A stretch of 61,851 bases of DNA, filler included. It is 4 parts of 4 records of this genome, joined end to end, with 100 filler letters (N's around TTAATTAATTAA, not from the genome) between each part and the next. Parts side by side here need not be neighbours in the genome. Positions count along the whole stretch, not along the records: positions 31,835 to 54,769 come from SRR22947725_845; 3 more parts are not named here. The stretch is one strand, 5' to 3'. The translations under genes were made by a program, and so were the position numbers. The stretch's first letter is position 1; the number at the start of each line of letters is the position of its first letter. The notes below the pieces were generated by a model. That model ran no database searches and had not been told where the DNA came from. It worked only from the letters and a program-made list of their open reading frames with translations. Positions 40,218 to 51,405 of this stretch are shown here, piece by piece.

Positions 40218-40911
40218 TTTTAGACCCATGCATCATATAGTTTACTCCAAGGTCATTATTCAAATTTGCGGTATGGAAAATTGGATTGTAAAACATCCCC
40301 TTACTTTCAATTAATTTTATGCCAGCACTTCGCATATACCTCTCTAACTCTGATGGCTTAATAAACTTTTCCCATTCATGGGTTCCTTTGGGCAAAATAT
40401 TAAAAATATATTCAGCACCAACAATTGCAGTAACAAAGGATCTTGCATTTCTATTTAAAGTAGAAAGAAACATTTGGCCATTAGGTTTCAGAAGATCAGA
40501 ACAAGCTTTGATAAGCCGACCAGGGTCTGGAACATGCTCAATTACTTCCAAGCAGGCAACCACATCAAAAGACTCCTTTTCTTTTTTTACTAATTCTTCA
40601 GCAGTGATTAATCTGTAATCGATATTAATTTGTTTTTTTTCTGCATGGAGTTGAGCAACACCAATGTTAGCTTCTGTTACATCTATAGCAGTTACTTGAG
40701 CTCCTTTTGCATTAAGAGCCTCTGCTAGGAGACCGCCACCACATCCTACATCTAATACCTTTAAACCATTTACGGATGATTTTTGATCTATATAGTTTGC
40801 CCTAAGGGGATTTATTACATGTAAAGGTTTAAAGTCACCAGTTGGATCCCACCAACTCTCAGCTATTTCGGCAAACTTATTTACTTCGTTTTGATCAATA
40901 TTTTGAGTCAT
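40210..40911 (-). CDS. ubiG: Ubiquinone biosynthesis O-methyltransferase
   Basis: WWD..G.FKPLH.INP.R, LDVGCGGG, EVIEHVPDP, LPKGTH. Confidence 0.96.
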   Translation of the reverse strand: MTQNIDQNEVNKFAEIAESWWDPTGDFKPLHVINPLRANYIDQKSSVNGLKVLDVGCGGGLLAEALNAKGAQVTAIDVTEANIGVAQLHAEKKQINIDYRLITAEELVKKEKESFDVVACLEVIEHVPDPGRLIKACSDLLKPNGQMFLSTLNRNARSFVTAIVGAEYIFNILPKGTHEWEKFIKPSELERYMRSAGIKLIESKGMFYNPIFHTANLNNDLGVNYMMHGSKNA

Positions 40912-40999
40912 AAACACTACTTCTTTTAAAGTGGCAGATTACATCATTGCATGCAAGAATAGGTAAGTTTATTATTTTTTATATAAGGAAGCTAACACT

Positions 41000-41764
41000 A
41001 TGTCAGATAATCCAGTTGCTATTGTTACCGGGGGAAGCCGAGGTGTTGGAGCTGCGACAGCAAGAATGCTCTCTGAAAATGGTTGGAATGTTGTTATCAC
41101 ATGCTCCTCTTCTTTGAAGGATGCAGACCAAGTAGCTAAAAATTGTACAAATGAAAATGCAGAAGTTGTTGCATTGCAAGCTGATGTTTCAAGAGATCTC
41201 GAGTGCATAGCAACCATTAATAAAGCTATAGAAAAATGGGGGAGAATTGATGCTCTTATTAATAATGCTGGGACAACTAAATTTGCTTGGGATCATTCCG
41301 ATCTTGATAGCCTTACTGCTGAAGATTTTCAATATATTTACGGTGTAAATGTTGTAGGGCCATTTCAAATGGTTAAAGCTGCAAAAGAGCATTTATTAAA
41401 AAGCGAAAATCCATGCGTTGTAAACATCTCCTCTATTGCTGGAATAAAGGGAATAGGCAGTTCAGTTGCTTACGCGTCCTCAAAGGGAGCTTTAAATACA
41501 ATGACTTTATCCATGGCAAGGAACCTAGGGCCAATTAGGGTGAATGCAGTGTGCCCTGGATTTATTGAGGGAGAATGGTTAAAAAAGGGTATGGGTATTG
41601 AAATGTATGAAGGAACAAAAAAGCACATTCAAAACACAGCCCCTCTAGGTAAGACATGTTCTCCAGAGTCAATTGCTGAAGTTATCATAAATTTAGTTGA
41701 AAAGAGCGAGTTAATTACTGGGCAGTTAATTACAGTAGATGGGGGAGTCAGCTTGAACTTATAG
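41000..41764 (+). CDS. Classical SDR family oxidoreductase (FabG-like)
   Basis: TGGSRGVG, NNAG, YASSK, IRVNAVCPG, ITGQ...VDGG. Confidence 0.9.
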   Translation: MSDNPVAIVTGGSRGVGAATARMLSENGWNVVITCSSSLKDADQVAKNCTNENAEVVALQADVSRDLECIATINKAIEKWGRIDALINNAGTTKFAWDHSDLDSLTAEDFQYIYGVNVVGPFQMVKAAKEHLLKSENPCVVNISSIAGIKGIGSSVAYASSKGALNTMTLSMARNLGPIRVNAVCPGFIEGEWLKKGMGIEMYEGTKKHIQNTAPLGKTCSPESIAEVIINLVEKSELITGQLITVDGGVSLNL

Positions 41765-41903
41765 TTAAATTTTTTAACTTGCTGTAGTTCAGCTACATTA
41801 CAAATACCCCAAAAATATTGTTTTGATAGGTTTTATTTTAAATATTGACAATAACCGTGAAATAATTTGCAATGGACTACAAGTTTAAATAATTAGTATT
41901 TTT

Positions 41904-43025
41904 ATGCATATAGCTGCCTTAAAATCCCCAGACTCTAGAGATCATCGCTCAGTAATTCATCCAGATACAGTTAAAAAAATTACAGAATTATCTGGCGTAA
42001 CTGTCTCATTTGAGTCAGGAATCGGAAACGGAATTAATGTCTCAGACCAAACTTTTATTGAGCTTGGTTTAAACGCTATATCAAGAGATGAATGCTTGTC
42101 TCAGGCCAATTTTATAATTACTCCATCACCATTGACTATCGATGAATCAAATAAAATTCAATCAGGCTCTACAGTTTTGGGTATGCTGAATCCCTTTCAT
42201 GCAGTTGATGAGCTAAAAGCGCTAAATCAATCAAAAATTAATGTTGTTAGTATGGAATTTATACCAAGAATAACGAGAGCTCAAAAAATGGATGTCTTAA
42301 GTTCTCAAGCTAACCTCGCAGGCTATGCAGCAGTTTTGGAAGCTGCTCAGCACCTATCTTCCGCTCTTCCTATGATGATGACAGCCGCTGGAACACTTAA
42401 ACCAGCCAGGGTATTTGTAATAGGTGTTGGGGTTGCTGGTTTGCAAGCTATAGCAACTGCAAAAAGATTGGGTGCTAGGGTCGAAGCATTTGATACTAGA
42501 GATGTTGTTGAGGAGCAGGTTAAATCTTTGGGTGCAAAGTTTGTAAAAATAGATCTTGGAGATACCGGTCAGACAGACCAAGGATATGCTAAAGAGCTTA
42601 CTCCTGAGCAAATAGCAAAGCAAAAAGATCTTCAAAGCCAAGTATGCGAACGATCAGATATAGTCATAACAACAGCTCAAATTTTTGGGAGGCCTGCCCC
42701 TAAAATCATTGACGAAAGTACGATTAAAAAAATGAAACCCGGAAGCGTTATTCTTGATATGGCTGTAGAAACGGGTGGTAATGTGGAAGGATCTATTGTT
42801 GATGAGGTTGTGAGTATTAATGGAGTTAAAGTAGTCGGGGTTTCTTATTTAGCTTCTAGAGTATCGAGTCATGCTTCTTTTGCTCTCTCAAATAATATTA
42901 TTAACTGGGTTGCTGATTTTTATAATGAAGAAACCGCACAAATCGATTTTGATTTTGAGGATGAAGTGATACAAAGCAGCGTGCTAGCTTATGAAGGAAA
43001 AATTATGAATGAGAGGTTTGCATAA
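41904..43025 (+). CDS. pntAA: NAD(P) transhydrogenase subunit alpha part 1 (dI)
   Basis: PRITRAQKMDVLSSQANLAGY, GVGVAGLQAIATA, GYAKEL, GGNVEGS. Confidence 0.95.
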   Translation: MHIAALKSPDSRDHRSVIHPDTVKKITELSGVTVSFESGIGNGINVSDQTFIELGLNAISRDECLSQANFIITPSPLTIDESNKIQSGSTVLGMLNPFHAVDELKALNQSKINVVSMEFIPRITRAQKMDVLSSQANLAGYAAVLEAAQHLSSALPMMMTAAGTLKPARVFVIGVGVAGLQAIATAKRLGARVEAFDTRDVVEEQVKSLGAKFVKIDLGDTGQTDQGYAKELTPEQIAKQKDLQSQVCERSDIVITTAQIFGRPAPKIIDESTIKKMKPGSVILDMAVETGGNVEGSIVDEVVSINGVKVVGVSYLASRVSSHASFALSNNIINWVADFYNEETAQIDFDFEDEVIQSSVLAYEGKIMNERFA

Positions 43026-43297
43026 TGGAAATGTATATTTTATTGGGCTTTGTTTTATTGCTATCTATTTTCTTAGGTCTAGAACTTATCTCAAAAGTCC
43101 CCAGCACACTTCATACACCCTTAATGTCAGGGGCTAATGCTATCTCTGGAATTGCATTGGTGGGTGCGTTAATGCTTTCAAGCGCTGGTCAGATGCAAGA
43201 CATATTAGCCTTTGGCGCAATTTTATTTGCTTCAATAAATGTATTTGGTGGCTATTTAGTAACTAACAGAATGTTAAGCATGTTCAAGAAGAAATAA
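43025..43297 (+). CDS. pntAB: NAD(P) transhydrogenase subunit alpha part 2 (membrane)
   Basis: VPSTLHTPLMSGANAISG, NVFGGYLVTNRML.MF. Confidence 0.95.
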   Translation: MEMYILLGFVLLLSIFLGLELISKVPSTLHTPLMSGANAISGIALVGALMLSSAGQMQDILAFGAILFASINVFGGYLVTNRMLSMFKKK

Positions 43298-43300
43298 ATT

Positions 43301-44692
43301 ATGGAAAATATAGCTAATATTCAGGTCATTCAAAACATTGTTTACATCATCTCCTCTGTGATGTTTATTCTTGGAATTAAAATGCTTGGGAAGGAGGCTA
43401 CAGCAGTTAAAGGAAATTATTTATCTGCTCTTGCCATGTTTTCTGCTGTTGGAATAACCTGCTTAAGCCTTGATATAGATTTAAAGATAATACTTGCAGG
43501 TGTTTTACTGGGTGGCCTAATAGGCTCTTTAATAGCTATCAAAGTGAAAATGACAGCTATTCCAGAGATGGTTGCTTTATTTAACGGTTTCGGTGGCTTG
43601 GCAACATTTTTAATTGCATGGTCTCAATTCAATGAGCCTAGTAACTCTGTGTTTCAGCATGTCTTAATAATGCTAACAATCTACATTGGAGGTATCACAT
43701 TTTCTGGCTCCCTAATAGCTTATGGCAAGCTTTCTGAAAAGCTTAAGCTTGGGAAAGGCTCCATGATTACAAATATTTTTATATCATTCTTTTATCTCAG
43801 CATGCCTGCTTTAATATATGTGGTAGCTGAGCCTTCTCTATCTGGGTTAATCCCACAGGTGCCATCTTATTTTTCAATTTTTTTAGTTTTAACCTTGGTT
43901 GCTGGAATTGGTTTTGTGATGCCGATAGGAGGTGGAGATATGCCTGTTGTCATCTCTCTGCTTAATTCACTTTCAGGAATTGCGGCAGCGTTTGCAGGTT
44001 TATTGTTACTCAATAATGTACTAATTGTAGCTGGATCGCTTGTTGGAGCCAGTGGATTAATTTTGACTATTATCATGGCCAAGGCTATGAATAGAACTAT
44101 CACGAATATTCTATTTGTTGGATACGCATCAGTCAGTCAGGCAAGCTCCTCTGAGGAGCAGGGTGAAGTCAAACCCATTACGTCTGATGATGCCTACCTA
44201 ATTCTTGAAAATGCATCTAGTGTCTTGGTGGTTCCTGGCTATGGTATGGCAGTTGCTCAAGCCCAGCATGTCGTCCGAGAACTGGGCGAGCTTTTAGAAG
44301 AGAATGGAACAGAGGTGAAATATGGAATTCATCCTGTTGCAGGACGTATGCCAGGTCACATGAACGTTCTTTTAGCAGAAGCCAACGTGTCATATGATTT
44401 GCTTGCTGAGCCTGATGATGTGAACCCATCCATGGACACCATAGATGTTGCAATAGTCATCGGTGCTAACGATGTTGTAAATCCTTCTGCTACTGAGGAA
44501 GAGGGCAGTCCAATATATGGAATGCCGATTATCGAAGTCCACAATGCCAAGACAGTTTTTGTTTTAAAGAGATCTATGTCTTCTGGTTTTGCTGGGGTTC
44601 AAAACCCATTATTTTTTAGAGAAAATACCAGGATGCTATTTGGCGATGCAAAGGAATCAATTGGCCAAATTGTTGCTGAATTTAAAGACTGA
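43301..44692 (+). CDS. pntB: NAD(P) transhydrogenase subunit beta
   Basis: PEMVALFNGFGG, IGGGDMPVVISLLNS, PGYGMAVAQAQ, HPVAGRMPGHMNVLLAEA. Confidence 0.97.
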   Translation: MENIANIQVIQNIVYIISSVMFILGIKMLGKEATAVKGNYLSALAMFSAVGITCLSLDIDLKIILAGVLLGGLIGSLIAIKVKMTAIPEMVALFNGFGGLATFLIAWSQFNEPSNSVFQHVLIMLTIYIGGITFSGSLIAYGKLSEKLKLGKGSMITNIFISFFYLSMPALIYVVAEPSLSGLIPQVPSYFSIFLVLTLVAGIGFVMPIGGGDMPVVISLLNSLSGIAAAFAGLLLLNNVLIVAGSLVGASGLILTIIMAKAMNRTITNILFVGYASVSQASSSEEQGEVKPITSDDAYLILENASSVLVVPGYGMAVAQAQHVVRELGELLEENGTEVKYGIHPVAGRMPGHMNVLLAEANVSYDLLAEPDDVNPSMDTIDVAIVIGANDVVNPSATEEEGSPIYGMPIIEVHNAKTVFVLKRSMSSGFAGVQNPLFFRENTRMLFGDAKESIGQIVAEFKD

Positions 44693-44707
44693 AATCCCCC
44701 TGAAGTA

Positions 44708-44733
44708 TGGTAAAATTTACCCTTAATTAAGGG
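44708..44733 (+). promoter_or_regulatory. Putative gyrA promoter: extended -10 TGgTAAAAT followed by the palindrome CCCTTAATTAAGGG
   Basis: TG at 44708-44709, TAAAAT at 44711-44716, palindrome at 44720-44733. Confidence 0.5.
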
Positions 44734-44774
44734 AATTTCCTGCACATATAAAATATCGCTTTAAGGGCTAAAAA

Positions 44775-47312
44775 ATGACCGATTTTGCAAAACAAATCTT
44801 ACCAATAAACATTGAAGATGAGCTAAAAACTTCATACTTAAGCTATGCAATGAGCGTCATTCATGGAAGAGCTCTGCCAGACGTTAGAGACGGCTTAAAA
44901 CCTGTCCATAGAAGGATTTTATTTGCTCAACACGTCCTTAGAAACACATATCGACAACCATATAAAAAATCAGCAAGAGTGGTCGGGGATGTAATCGGTA
45001 AATATCACCCTCATGGCGACTCAGCGGTGTATGAAGCAATGGTCAGAATGGCGCAAGATTTTTCTATGAGATACACCTTGGTTGAGGGACAGGGTAATTT
45101 TGGTTCAATAGATGGAGATTCTCCAGCTGCGATGCGTTATACCGAAGTGAGGATGGCAAAAATTACTGACATGATCCTCAATGATCTTGAGAAAGAAACA
45201 GTAAGCTATTCTCCTAACTATGACGGCACAGAGCAAATTCCTGATGTCATGCCAACAAGAATTCCAACATTGCTTGTAAATGGCTCTTCAGGTATAGCTG
45301 TTGGCATGGCAACAAATGTACCTCCGCACAATCTTACAGAAGTATTAAATGGTTGCTTGCTCTTACTGGATAACCCAAAAGCTTCTATCGATGAGATTAT
45401 TCAAATTATTACTGGACCTGATTTCCCAACAGGTGGAACCATAGACGGAAGAACTGGAATTTATGAGGGTTATAAGACTGGCAGAGGAATCATCCACGTT
45501 CGCGCTAAAACTTCTGTAGAAGAAGATAAATCTGGAAAGAGCTCTTTAATAATTAACGAAATACCTTACATGGTCAATAAAGCTAGGATGCTTGAAAGAA
45601 TTGCTGAAATGGTAAAAGACAAGAAGATTGATGGCATAAGTGAAATCAGAGATGAATCAGATAAAGATGGCTTGAGAGTTGTTATTGAAGTCAAGCGCGG
45701 AGAATCCGTTGAAGTTCTAGAGAATAACTTATTTGCCCAATCACAATTGGAGCAATCTTTTGGCATTAATTTTACCGTTCTAGTGGATGGCCAGCCTCGC
45801 GTCTTAAATATCAAAGAGATACTTCAAGAATTTTTAAAACACAGAAAAGATGTTGTTACCAAAAGAACAAAGTTTGATTTAAGAAAAGCCAAAGAACGAG
45901 GACATATTGTCGAGGGATTGATGGTTGCGATAGCAAACATTGACGAGATAATTAAAATTATCAAGAAATCCAAAGATACTAAAATTGCAGCAACTGATTT
46001 ATGCAAAAAATCTTGGAAAGCAGGCCCTATTGAGGCAATTCTTAAAAAGGCGGGGAAGGATGCTTGTCGACCTAAAGGCCTCTCATCTGAGTATGGAATT
46101 AAAGGGAAGAACTATAAATTATCTCCAGAGCAAGCTAAGTCTATCCTGGAATTAAGACTAGGAAGACTTACTGGTTTAGAGCAAGACAATCTTTCAGCAG
46201 AATTTAATGAAATTTTAGAAGTGATTTTGGAGCTTCAAAAAATTCTTGATGATAAGGAAACGCTTTTAAAATTAATTAAAGATGAATTGATAGAAGTCAG
46301 AGAAAATTTTGGTGATGAACGAAAAACCAATATCAATGATACACGCCATGATATTTCCAATGAGGATTTAATTCCTGAGGAAACAAGGGTTTTGACTTTA
46401 TCAAGAAGTGGTTATGCAAAAACTCAGCCTCTCGATGAATACAGAGAGCAAAGAAGAGGAGGTGTTGGAAAGGCTGGAGCTTCAGTCAAAGAGGAAGACT
46501 TAATTCAAAACTTATATGTTTTAAGTTCACATAGTCAGCTTTTATGCTTTACAACGAAAGGTAAAGTTTTTTGGCTGAAAGTCTATGAAATTCCTGTTGC
46601 AAGCAGGACCTCTAAGGGCAGACCTCTCGTCAATATGCTGAAGCTTGAAGAAGATGAAACGGTTACACAAATTTTACCAGTGGACGAGTTCTCAGAAGAT
46701 AAATATATTTTCATGGCTACTCGAAATGGTGTTGTTAAAAAAACAAACCTAAATTTATTTCATAAAAAATATAAATCTGGAATTAAGGCCATTCGATTAG
46801 ATGATGATGATAAATTGGTTGGGACTGTGATTACCAATGGTGATGACGATATTTTACTTTCATCTTATTCTGGAAAATTGATTAGATTTCATGAATCAAA
46901 GGTTCGCCCCATGGGAAGAACTGCAAGAGGGGTGAAAGGAATAACCCTGAAAGATGGTATGAAAGTTATTTCTTTAATGATCGGCGATCCATCTAAGACT
47001 ATTTTATGTTTATCTGAAAACGGTTACGGGAAAAGAACCAAGCTAGAAGACTTCCCTTCATATAATAGAGGCGGACAGGGAGTCATAGCCTTAAAGACTA
47101 GTGATAGAAATGGAAATATGGTCTCAGCCGTATCAGTGGATGAGAATGATGGAATTATGTTGATTAGTGACAAAGGCACATTAATTAGAACAGCCATTAG
47201 CCAAATTCCAACCCTCGGCAGAAATACTCAAGGAGTTAAAGTTATAACTCCTAAAGAGGGCGAGAAGTTAATAGAAGGCGTTAGAATTCCTCCAGAAGAA
47301 GAAGAAGAATAA
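44775..47312 (+). CDS. gyrA: DNA gyrase subunit A
   Basis: [29 protein letters not shown], GyrA-box QRRGGVG, C-terminal pinwheel repeats. Confidence 0.98.
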   Translation: MTDFAKQILPINIEDELKTSYLSYAMSVIHGRALPDVRDGLKPVHRRILFAQHVLRNTYRQPYKKSARVVGDVIGKYHPHGDSAVYEAMVRMAQDFSMRYTLVEGQGNFGSIDGDSPAAMRYTEVRMAKITDMILNDLEKETVSYSPNYDGTEQIPDVMPTRIPTLLVNGSSGIAVGMATNVPPHNLTEVLNGCLLLLDNPKASIDEIIQIITGPDFPTGGTIDGRTGIYEGYKTGRGIIHVRAKTSVEEDKSGKSSLIINEIPYMVNKARMLERIAEMVKDKKIDGISEIRDESDKDGLRVVIEVKRGESVEVLENNLFAQSQLEQSFGINFTVLVDGQPRVLNIKEILQEFLKHRKDVVTKRTKFDLRKAKERGHIVEGLMVAIANIDEIIKIIKKSKDTKIAATDLCKKSWKAGPIEAILKKAGKDACRPKGLSSEYGIKGKNYKLSPEQAKSILELRLGRLTGLEQDNLSAEFNEILEVILELQKILDDKETLLKLIKDELIEVRENFGDERKTNINDTRHDISNEDLIPEETRVLTLSRSGYAKTQPLDEYREQRRGGVGKAGASVKEEDLIQNLYVLSSHSQLLCFTTKGKVFWLKVYEIPVASRTSKGRPLVNMLKLEEDETVTQILPVDEFSEDKYIFMATRNGVVKKTNLNLFHKKYKSGIKAIRLDDDDKLVGTVITNGDDDILLSSYSGKLIRFHESKVRPMGRTARGVKGITLKDGMKVISLMIGDPSKTILCLSENGYGKRTKLEDFPSYNRGGQGVIALKTSDRNGNMVSAVSVDENDGIMLISDKGTLIRTAISQIPTLGRNTQGVKVITPKEGEKLIEGVRIPPEEEEE

Positions 47313-48385
47313 TGAGGAAATGGAATTTTTCGGCAGGTCCTGCTGCTATTCCGCAAGCTGTTTTGCAGGACGCTCAGGCTGAAATGCTTGAATGGCAGGA
47401 TTCAGGTATGTCTGTGATGGAGATGAGTCATAGATCTCCTGAGTACATAGACATAGCCAATAAAGCTCGTCAAGATTTCATTGATTTATTAAAAATTCCA
47501 AGTGATTATCAGGTTCTTTTTCTTCAAGGAGGCGCAACCCTTCAATTCTCTATGGTTCCTATGAATTTTGGCGCTAATAGTGTTGCTGATTATGTGTTAT
47601 CTGGAAGCTGGTCAAAAAAAGCCATCAATGAAGCCTCTAAAATTATTGATATCAATATCGTTACTAGCTCAGAGTCATCTAATTTTAATAATGTTCCCAG
47701 CGAGAAAAGCTGGAGTTGTTCTGAAAATGCTGCTTATCTTCATTATGTTGCTAATGAGACGATTCAAGGCAATGCATTGCATAATCCTCCAACCACTCAT
47801 GCACCATTAATATCAGATATGTCATCAGTCATTTTAAGTGAGCCAATAGATGTATCAAAGTTTTCAATGATTTATGCAGGGGCTCAAAAAAATATTGGCC
47901 CAGCTGGTTTAACAATCTGTATTATTAAAAATGATTTTCTAAAAACAGCTACCACTGAATTGCCTGGCATGCTTCAGTATGCAAAACATGCTGATGCAGA
48001 CTCAATGTTTAATACCCCCCCCACTTTTGCATGGTATCTATCGGGCAAAGTTTTTGCGTGGCTCAAGGATAAAGGAGGCTTGGAATCTATGGGGGAAATT
48101 AACAAGCTTAAGGCAAATAAGTTATATGATTTTATCGATCAGTCAGATTTTTATTCAAACCCTGTTTCCGAAGAAAATAGATCTATTATGAATGTGCCTT
48201 TTCTTTTAGCCAATTCAGAATTAGACTCTGAATTCTTGCATGAAGCAGAAAATGCGGGTTTACTTAACTTAAAAGGGCACAGATCAGTTGGTGGTATGAG
48301 AGCAAGTATTTATAATGCCACCCCAATTGAAGCAATAGACGCATTGATTAATTTCATGGGAGATTTTCAATCTAAGCACGGATAA
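47312..48385 (+). CDS. serC: Phosphoserine aminotransferase
   Basis: NFSAGPA, EMSHRS, GAQKNIGPAG, NTPP, GHRSVGGMRASIYNA. Confidence 0.98.
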   Translation: MRKWNFSAGPAAIPQAVLQDAQAEMLEWQDSGMSVMEMSHRSPEYIDIANKARQDFIDLLKIPSDYQVLFLQGGATLQFSMVPMNFGANSVADYVLSGSWSKKAINEASKIIDINIVTSSESSNFNNVPSEKSWSCSENAAYLHYVANETIQGNALHNPPTTHAPLISDMSSVILSEPIDVSKFSMIYAGAQKNIGPAGLTICIIKNDFLKTATTELPGMLQYAKHADADSMFNTPPTFAWYLSGKVFAWLKDKGGLESMGEINKLKANKLYDFIDQSDFYSNPVSEENRSIMNVPFLLANSELDSEFLHEAENAGLLNLKGHRSVGGMRASIYNATPIEAIDALINFMGDFQSKHG

Positions 48386-48389
48386 AGTT

Positions 48390-49472
48390 GTGAGTAAGAA
48401 TAAAATTAAACCTATAAGGCAAAAAATTGATGCAATAGATCAACAAATCCTTAGTCTCATTCAAAAAAGAGGCTCGTTGGCTCAAAAAATAGGCGATCTA
48501 AAGAGTTTAATCAGCTCAGATGCTTCATTTTATAAACCTAGCAGAGAAGCAGAGATCTTAAGAAAAATCTCCAAGCTAAATAATGGCCCAATTCATGAGA
48601 AAAAAATAAAGCATATTTTTAAGGAGATTATTTCTTCGTGTCTATCGTTAGAGGAAGAATTAACGATTGCATATCTTGGTCCTGAAGGCACTCACTCAGA
48701 AGGAGCAGTCATCAAGCATTTTGGCTCTTCACCAACCAGATCACCCAGAGCAACTATAGAAGATGTATTTCATCAAGTAAGAACTGGCTCAGTGAACTTT
48801 GGCATGGTGCCAGTAGAAAACTCTTCTGAGGGCGTGGTAAATGCAACTTTGAATTCATTAGCGGACGAAGATATTAAGATTTGCGGTGAAACCTACCTCC
48901 CCATTCATCATCAACTTGCTTCAGCCAGAAAATTTCAACTAGCTGATGCTCAAGTTGTTGCATCACACCCCCAAGCTCTAGGTCAATGCAGTAAATGGCT
49001 GGATGCTAATTTGCCAAAAGCCAAGAGACAGGCCACATCCAGCACGGCAGAAGCTGCCAAGCTTTCTAAAGCCAACCCAAAAACTTTATGCATCGTTAGC
49101 TCTTTGGCTATTGATAAATATAAGCTACAGCATTATCAAAAAGATATTGAAGATTTCTCAAGCAATAACACAAGATTTTTAGTGATTGGAAATATTGAAA
49201 TTGAGCAAACCAAAAAAGATAAAACCTCCTTTTTAATTCAAACAGATAATCAACCTGGAGCTTTAATTAAAATCCTAGAACCCTTTAATCAAAGAAAAAT
49301 TAATCTAGAAAGAATTGAAACTCGACCATCCAGAGAATCATTGAATGCGCACAATTTCTTTATAGATAGCAGCGGCCACTTCAAAGACGCAAAACTCAAA
49401 CAAGTAATCAGCAATCTTAAAGAATTGGGGGCATCCGTTCGTATTCTTGGTTCATATCCCTCAGACTCATGA
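48390..49472 (+). CDS. pheA: Chorismate mutase / prephenate dehydratase
   Basis: N-terminal AroQ domain, YLGPEGT, PVENSSEG, SHPQALGQC, NTRF, ACT domain with IETRPS. Confidence 0.95.
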   Translation: MSKNKIKPIRQKIDAIDQQILSLIQKRGSLAQKIGDLKSLISSDASFYKPSREAEILRKISKLNNGPIHEKKIKHIFKEIISSCLSLEEELTIAYLGPEGTHSEGAVIKHFGSSPTRSPRATIEDVFHQVRTGSVNFGMVPVENSSEGVVNATLNSLADEDIKICGETYLPIHHQLASARKFQLADAQVVASHPQALGQCSKWLDANLPKAKRQATSSTAEAAKLSKANPKTLCIVSSLAIDKYKLQHYQKDIEDFSSNNTRFLVIGNIEIEQTKKDKTSFLIQTDNQPGALIKILEPFNQRKINLERIETRPSRESLNAHNFFIDSSGHFKDAKLKQVISNLKELGASVRILGSYPSDS

Positions 49473-50566
49473 GTTCAGACATTCTTAATAATCTTAATCC
49501 AGGGATTGAGGACCTTCATCCTTATGAGCCAGGTCGGTCAATTGACGAAGTAGTTGCAGAATATGGTCACAGCGAAGTAGTGAAGCTAGCAAGCAACGAA
49601 AACCCTTTGGGAGCATCTCCTAAAGCACTTGCAATCTTATCGGAGCTTAAAAGTGATATGCATTTATATCCTGATGGGAATGGAACAAAGTTAAAAAATG
49701 AGATTGCTAATCATGAGAATGTTCCTTTTGATAATATTATTATAGGAAATGGCTCTAATGAGATTCTAGAATTAGCTGCCAGAGCTTTCTTAAATCCTGA
49801 TACCTCATCAATTGCTTCAAAGCATGCATTTGCAGTTTATAAAATAGTCACACAATCTGCAGGCGCATCAATGATTGAGGTTCCAACATGCAATTGGGGC
49901 CATGATCTAAACTCATTTGCTGATCATCTAGAAGAAAATACAAGAGTAATTTTTATTGCCAACCCAAATAATCCAACGGGAACATACAACAGCCATGACG
50001 AAGTGCATTCGCTTCTTAAAAAAGTGCCGTCGTCTGTTTTGGTTGTATTAGATTGTGCCTATTTTGAGTATGTAACAAAAAAAGATTACGTTAAACCTAT
50101 TGATCTCCTAAGTGAATTTGATAATTTGCTAATTACAAAAACATTTTCTAAGATTCATGGCCTAGCCAGCATTAGAGTGGGATACGGCATAGCTCATCCA
50201 ACTTTAATTGAAGTCTTTAATCGAATCAGGCAGCCCTTCAATGTAAATACTTTAGCGCAGGCCATGGCTGCGGTAGCTATCAATGATCATGAGCACATTC
50301 ATCAAAGCATAGAGTTAAATTCACAACAGTATGATTTTTTATTTGATCAATTATCTAAACTTGGGCTCGAGTGCATTCCATCTGTTGGAAACTTTATTAC
50401 CTTTAAAGGTAATTTTATTGGCAAAGAAATGTTTATCAATCTAATGAAAAAAGGTGTCATCGTTAGGTCGGTTGATTTATACGATATGAAAGACTTTATT
50501 AGAGTTACCATTGGAACCGAGGCTGAAAATTTAAAATTTCTTAACGCACTAAAAGAACTTTTATGA
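49469..50566 (+). CDS. hisC: Histidinol-phosphate/aromatic aminotransferase
   Basis: KLASNENP, YPD, GNGSNE, NPNNPTG, TFSKIHGLA..RVGY. Confidence 0.93.
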   Translation: MSSDILNNLNPGIEDLHPYEPGRSIDEVVAEYGHSEVVKLASNENPLGASPKALAILSELKSDMHLYPDGNGTKLKNEIANHENVPFDNIIIGNGSNEILELAARAFLNPDTSSIASKHAFAVYKIVTQSAGASMIEVPTCNWGHDLNSFADHLEENTRVIFIANPNNPTGTYNSHDEVHSLLKKVPSSVLVVLDCAYFEYVTKKDYVKPIDLLSEFDNLLITKTFSKIHGLASIRVGYGIAHPTLIEVFNRIRQPFNVNTLAQAMAAVAINDHEHIHQSIELNSQQYDFLFDQLSKLGLECIPSVGNFITFKGNFIGKEMFINLMKKGVIVRSVDLYDMKDFIRVTIGTEAENLKFLNALKELL

Positions 50567-51405
50567 AAATTACCATTATTGGCCTAGGTTTAATTGGAGG
50601 CTCAATAGCTAAAACTTTATCAGGCTCCAAGGTTCATCAAATTTTGGCTTTTGATACAAACCAAAGCAGCATAAGCAATGCATTAAAGAATCAATCAATT
50701 CAAGAATCACTCGAATCTCTTGATGAACTAAAAAGAATTGAATATAAAGATTCATTGGTTATTATTGCCACTCCTCCAAGTGTTACTAATGATATTTTAA
50801 AATCCCTAGAATTTTTATTTAATTCTTCAGTCACCATCACAGATACAACTAGCACCAAAAGTTCTCTCAATAAAATTTTACAAAAATTTAATTTTCCTGA
50901 AAATATTATCTTTTCGCACCCCGTAGCAGGCTCCCATCTTTCAGGTGAAATAAATTCTATTGATGATCTGTTTAAGGGAAAGTCAACAATTTTGTCTTAT
51001 CATGATTCTGCAGCATCACTTCATGTAAATCGAGTGATGAGTTTGTGGACTGAGCTTGGGTCAAAAGTTTCAGTTTTGGATGCTGAGTTACATGATCAGA
51101 TATTTGCATATTCTAGCCATCTTCCTCATGTTGCTGCCTACGCATTATTAAATACTTTAAAAGGACTTGACCAGGATGATCTTGCACTTTTTTCAGGCGG
51201 AGGTCTTGGAGAATTTTTAAGACTGGCATCGTCTTCTCCTGAAATGTGGACAGATATTTTTTCAATGAATGAAAAAAACATTTCTTCTGCAATAAATGAT
51301 TTAGTGCAAAGTCTTAATATCCTGCAGGATAAGATTGAGAATGATCCTAAAAGTCTGCAGGATTTTTTAAGTGAACTCAAAGCTTTCAAGGAATCAAAAT
51401 TTTGA
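50563..51405 (+). CDS. tyrA: Prephenate/arogenate dehydrogenase
   Basis: GLGLIGGS, HPVAGS, HD......SHLPH, RLASSSPEMWTDI. Confidence 0.92.
   Translation: MKITIIGLGLIGGSIAKTLSGSKVHQILAFDTNQSSISNALKNQSIQESLESLDELKRIEYKDSLVIIATPPSVTNDILKSLEFLFNSSVTITDTTSTKSSLNKILQKFNFPENIIFSHPVAGSHLSGEINSIDDLFKGKSTILSYHDSAASLHVNRVMSLWTELGSKVSVLDAELHDQIFAYSSHLPHVAAYALLNTLKGLDQDDLALFSGGGLGEFLRLASSSPEMWTDIFSMNEKNISSAINDLVQSLNILQDKIENDPKSLQDFLSELKAFKESKF

Noticed and set aside
41855-41872. Rex-like operator CCGTGAAATAATTTGCAA upstream of pntAA
   Set aside because: Several mismatches to the consensus, and Rex is not typical of gammaproteobacteria.
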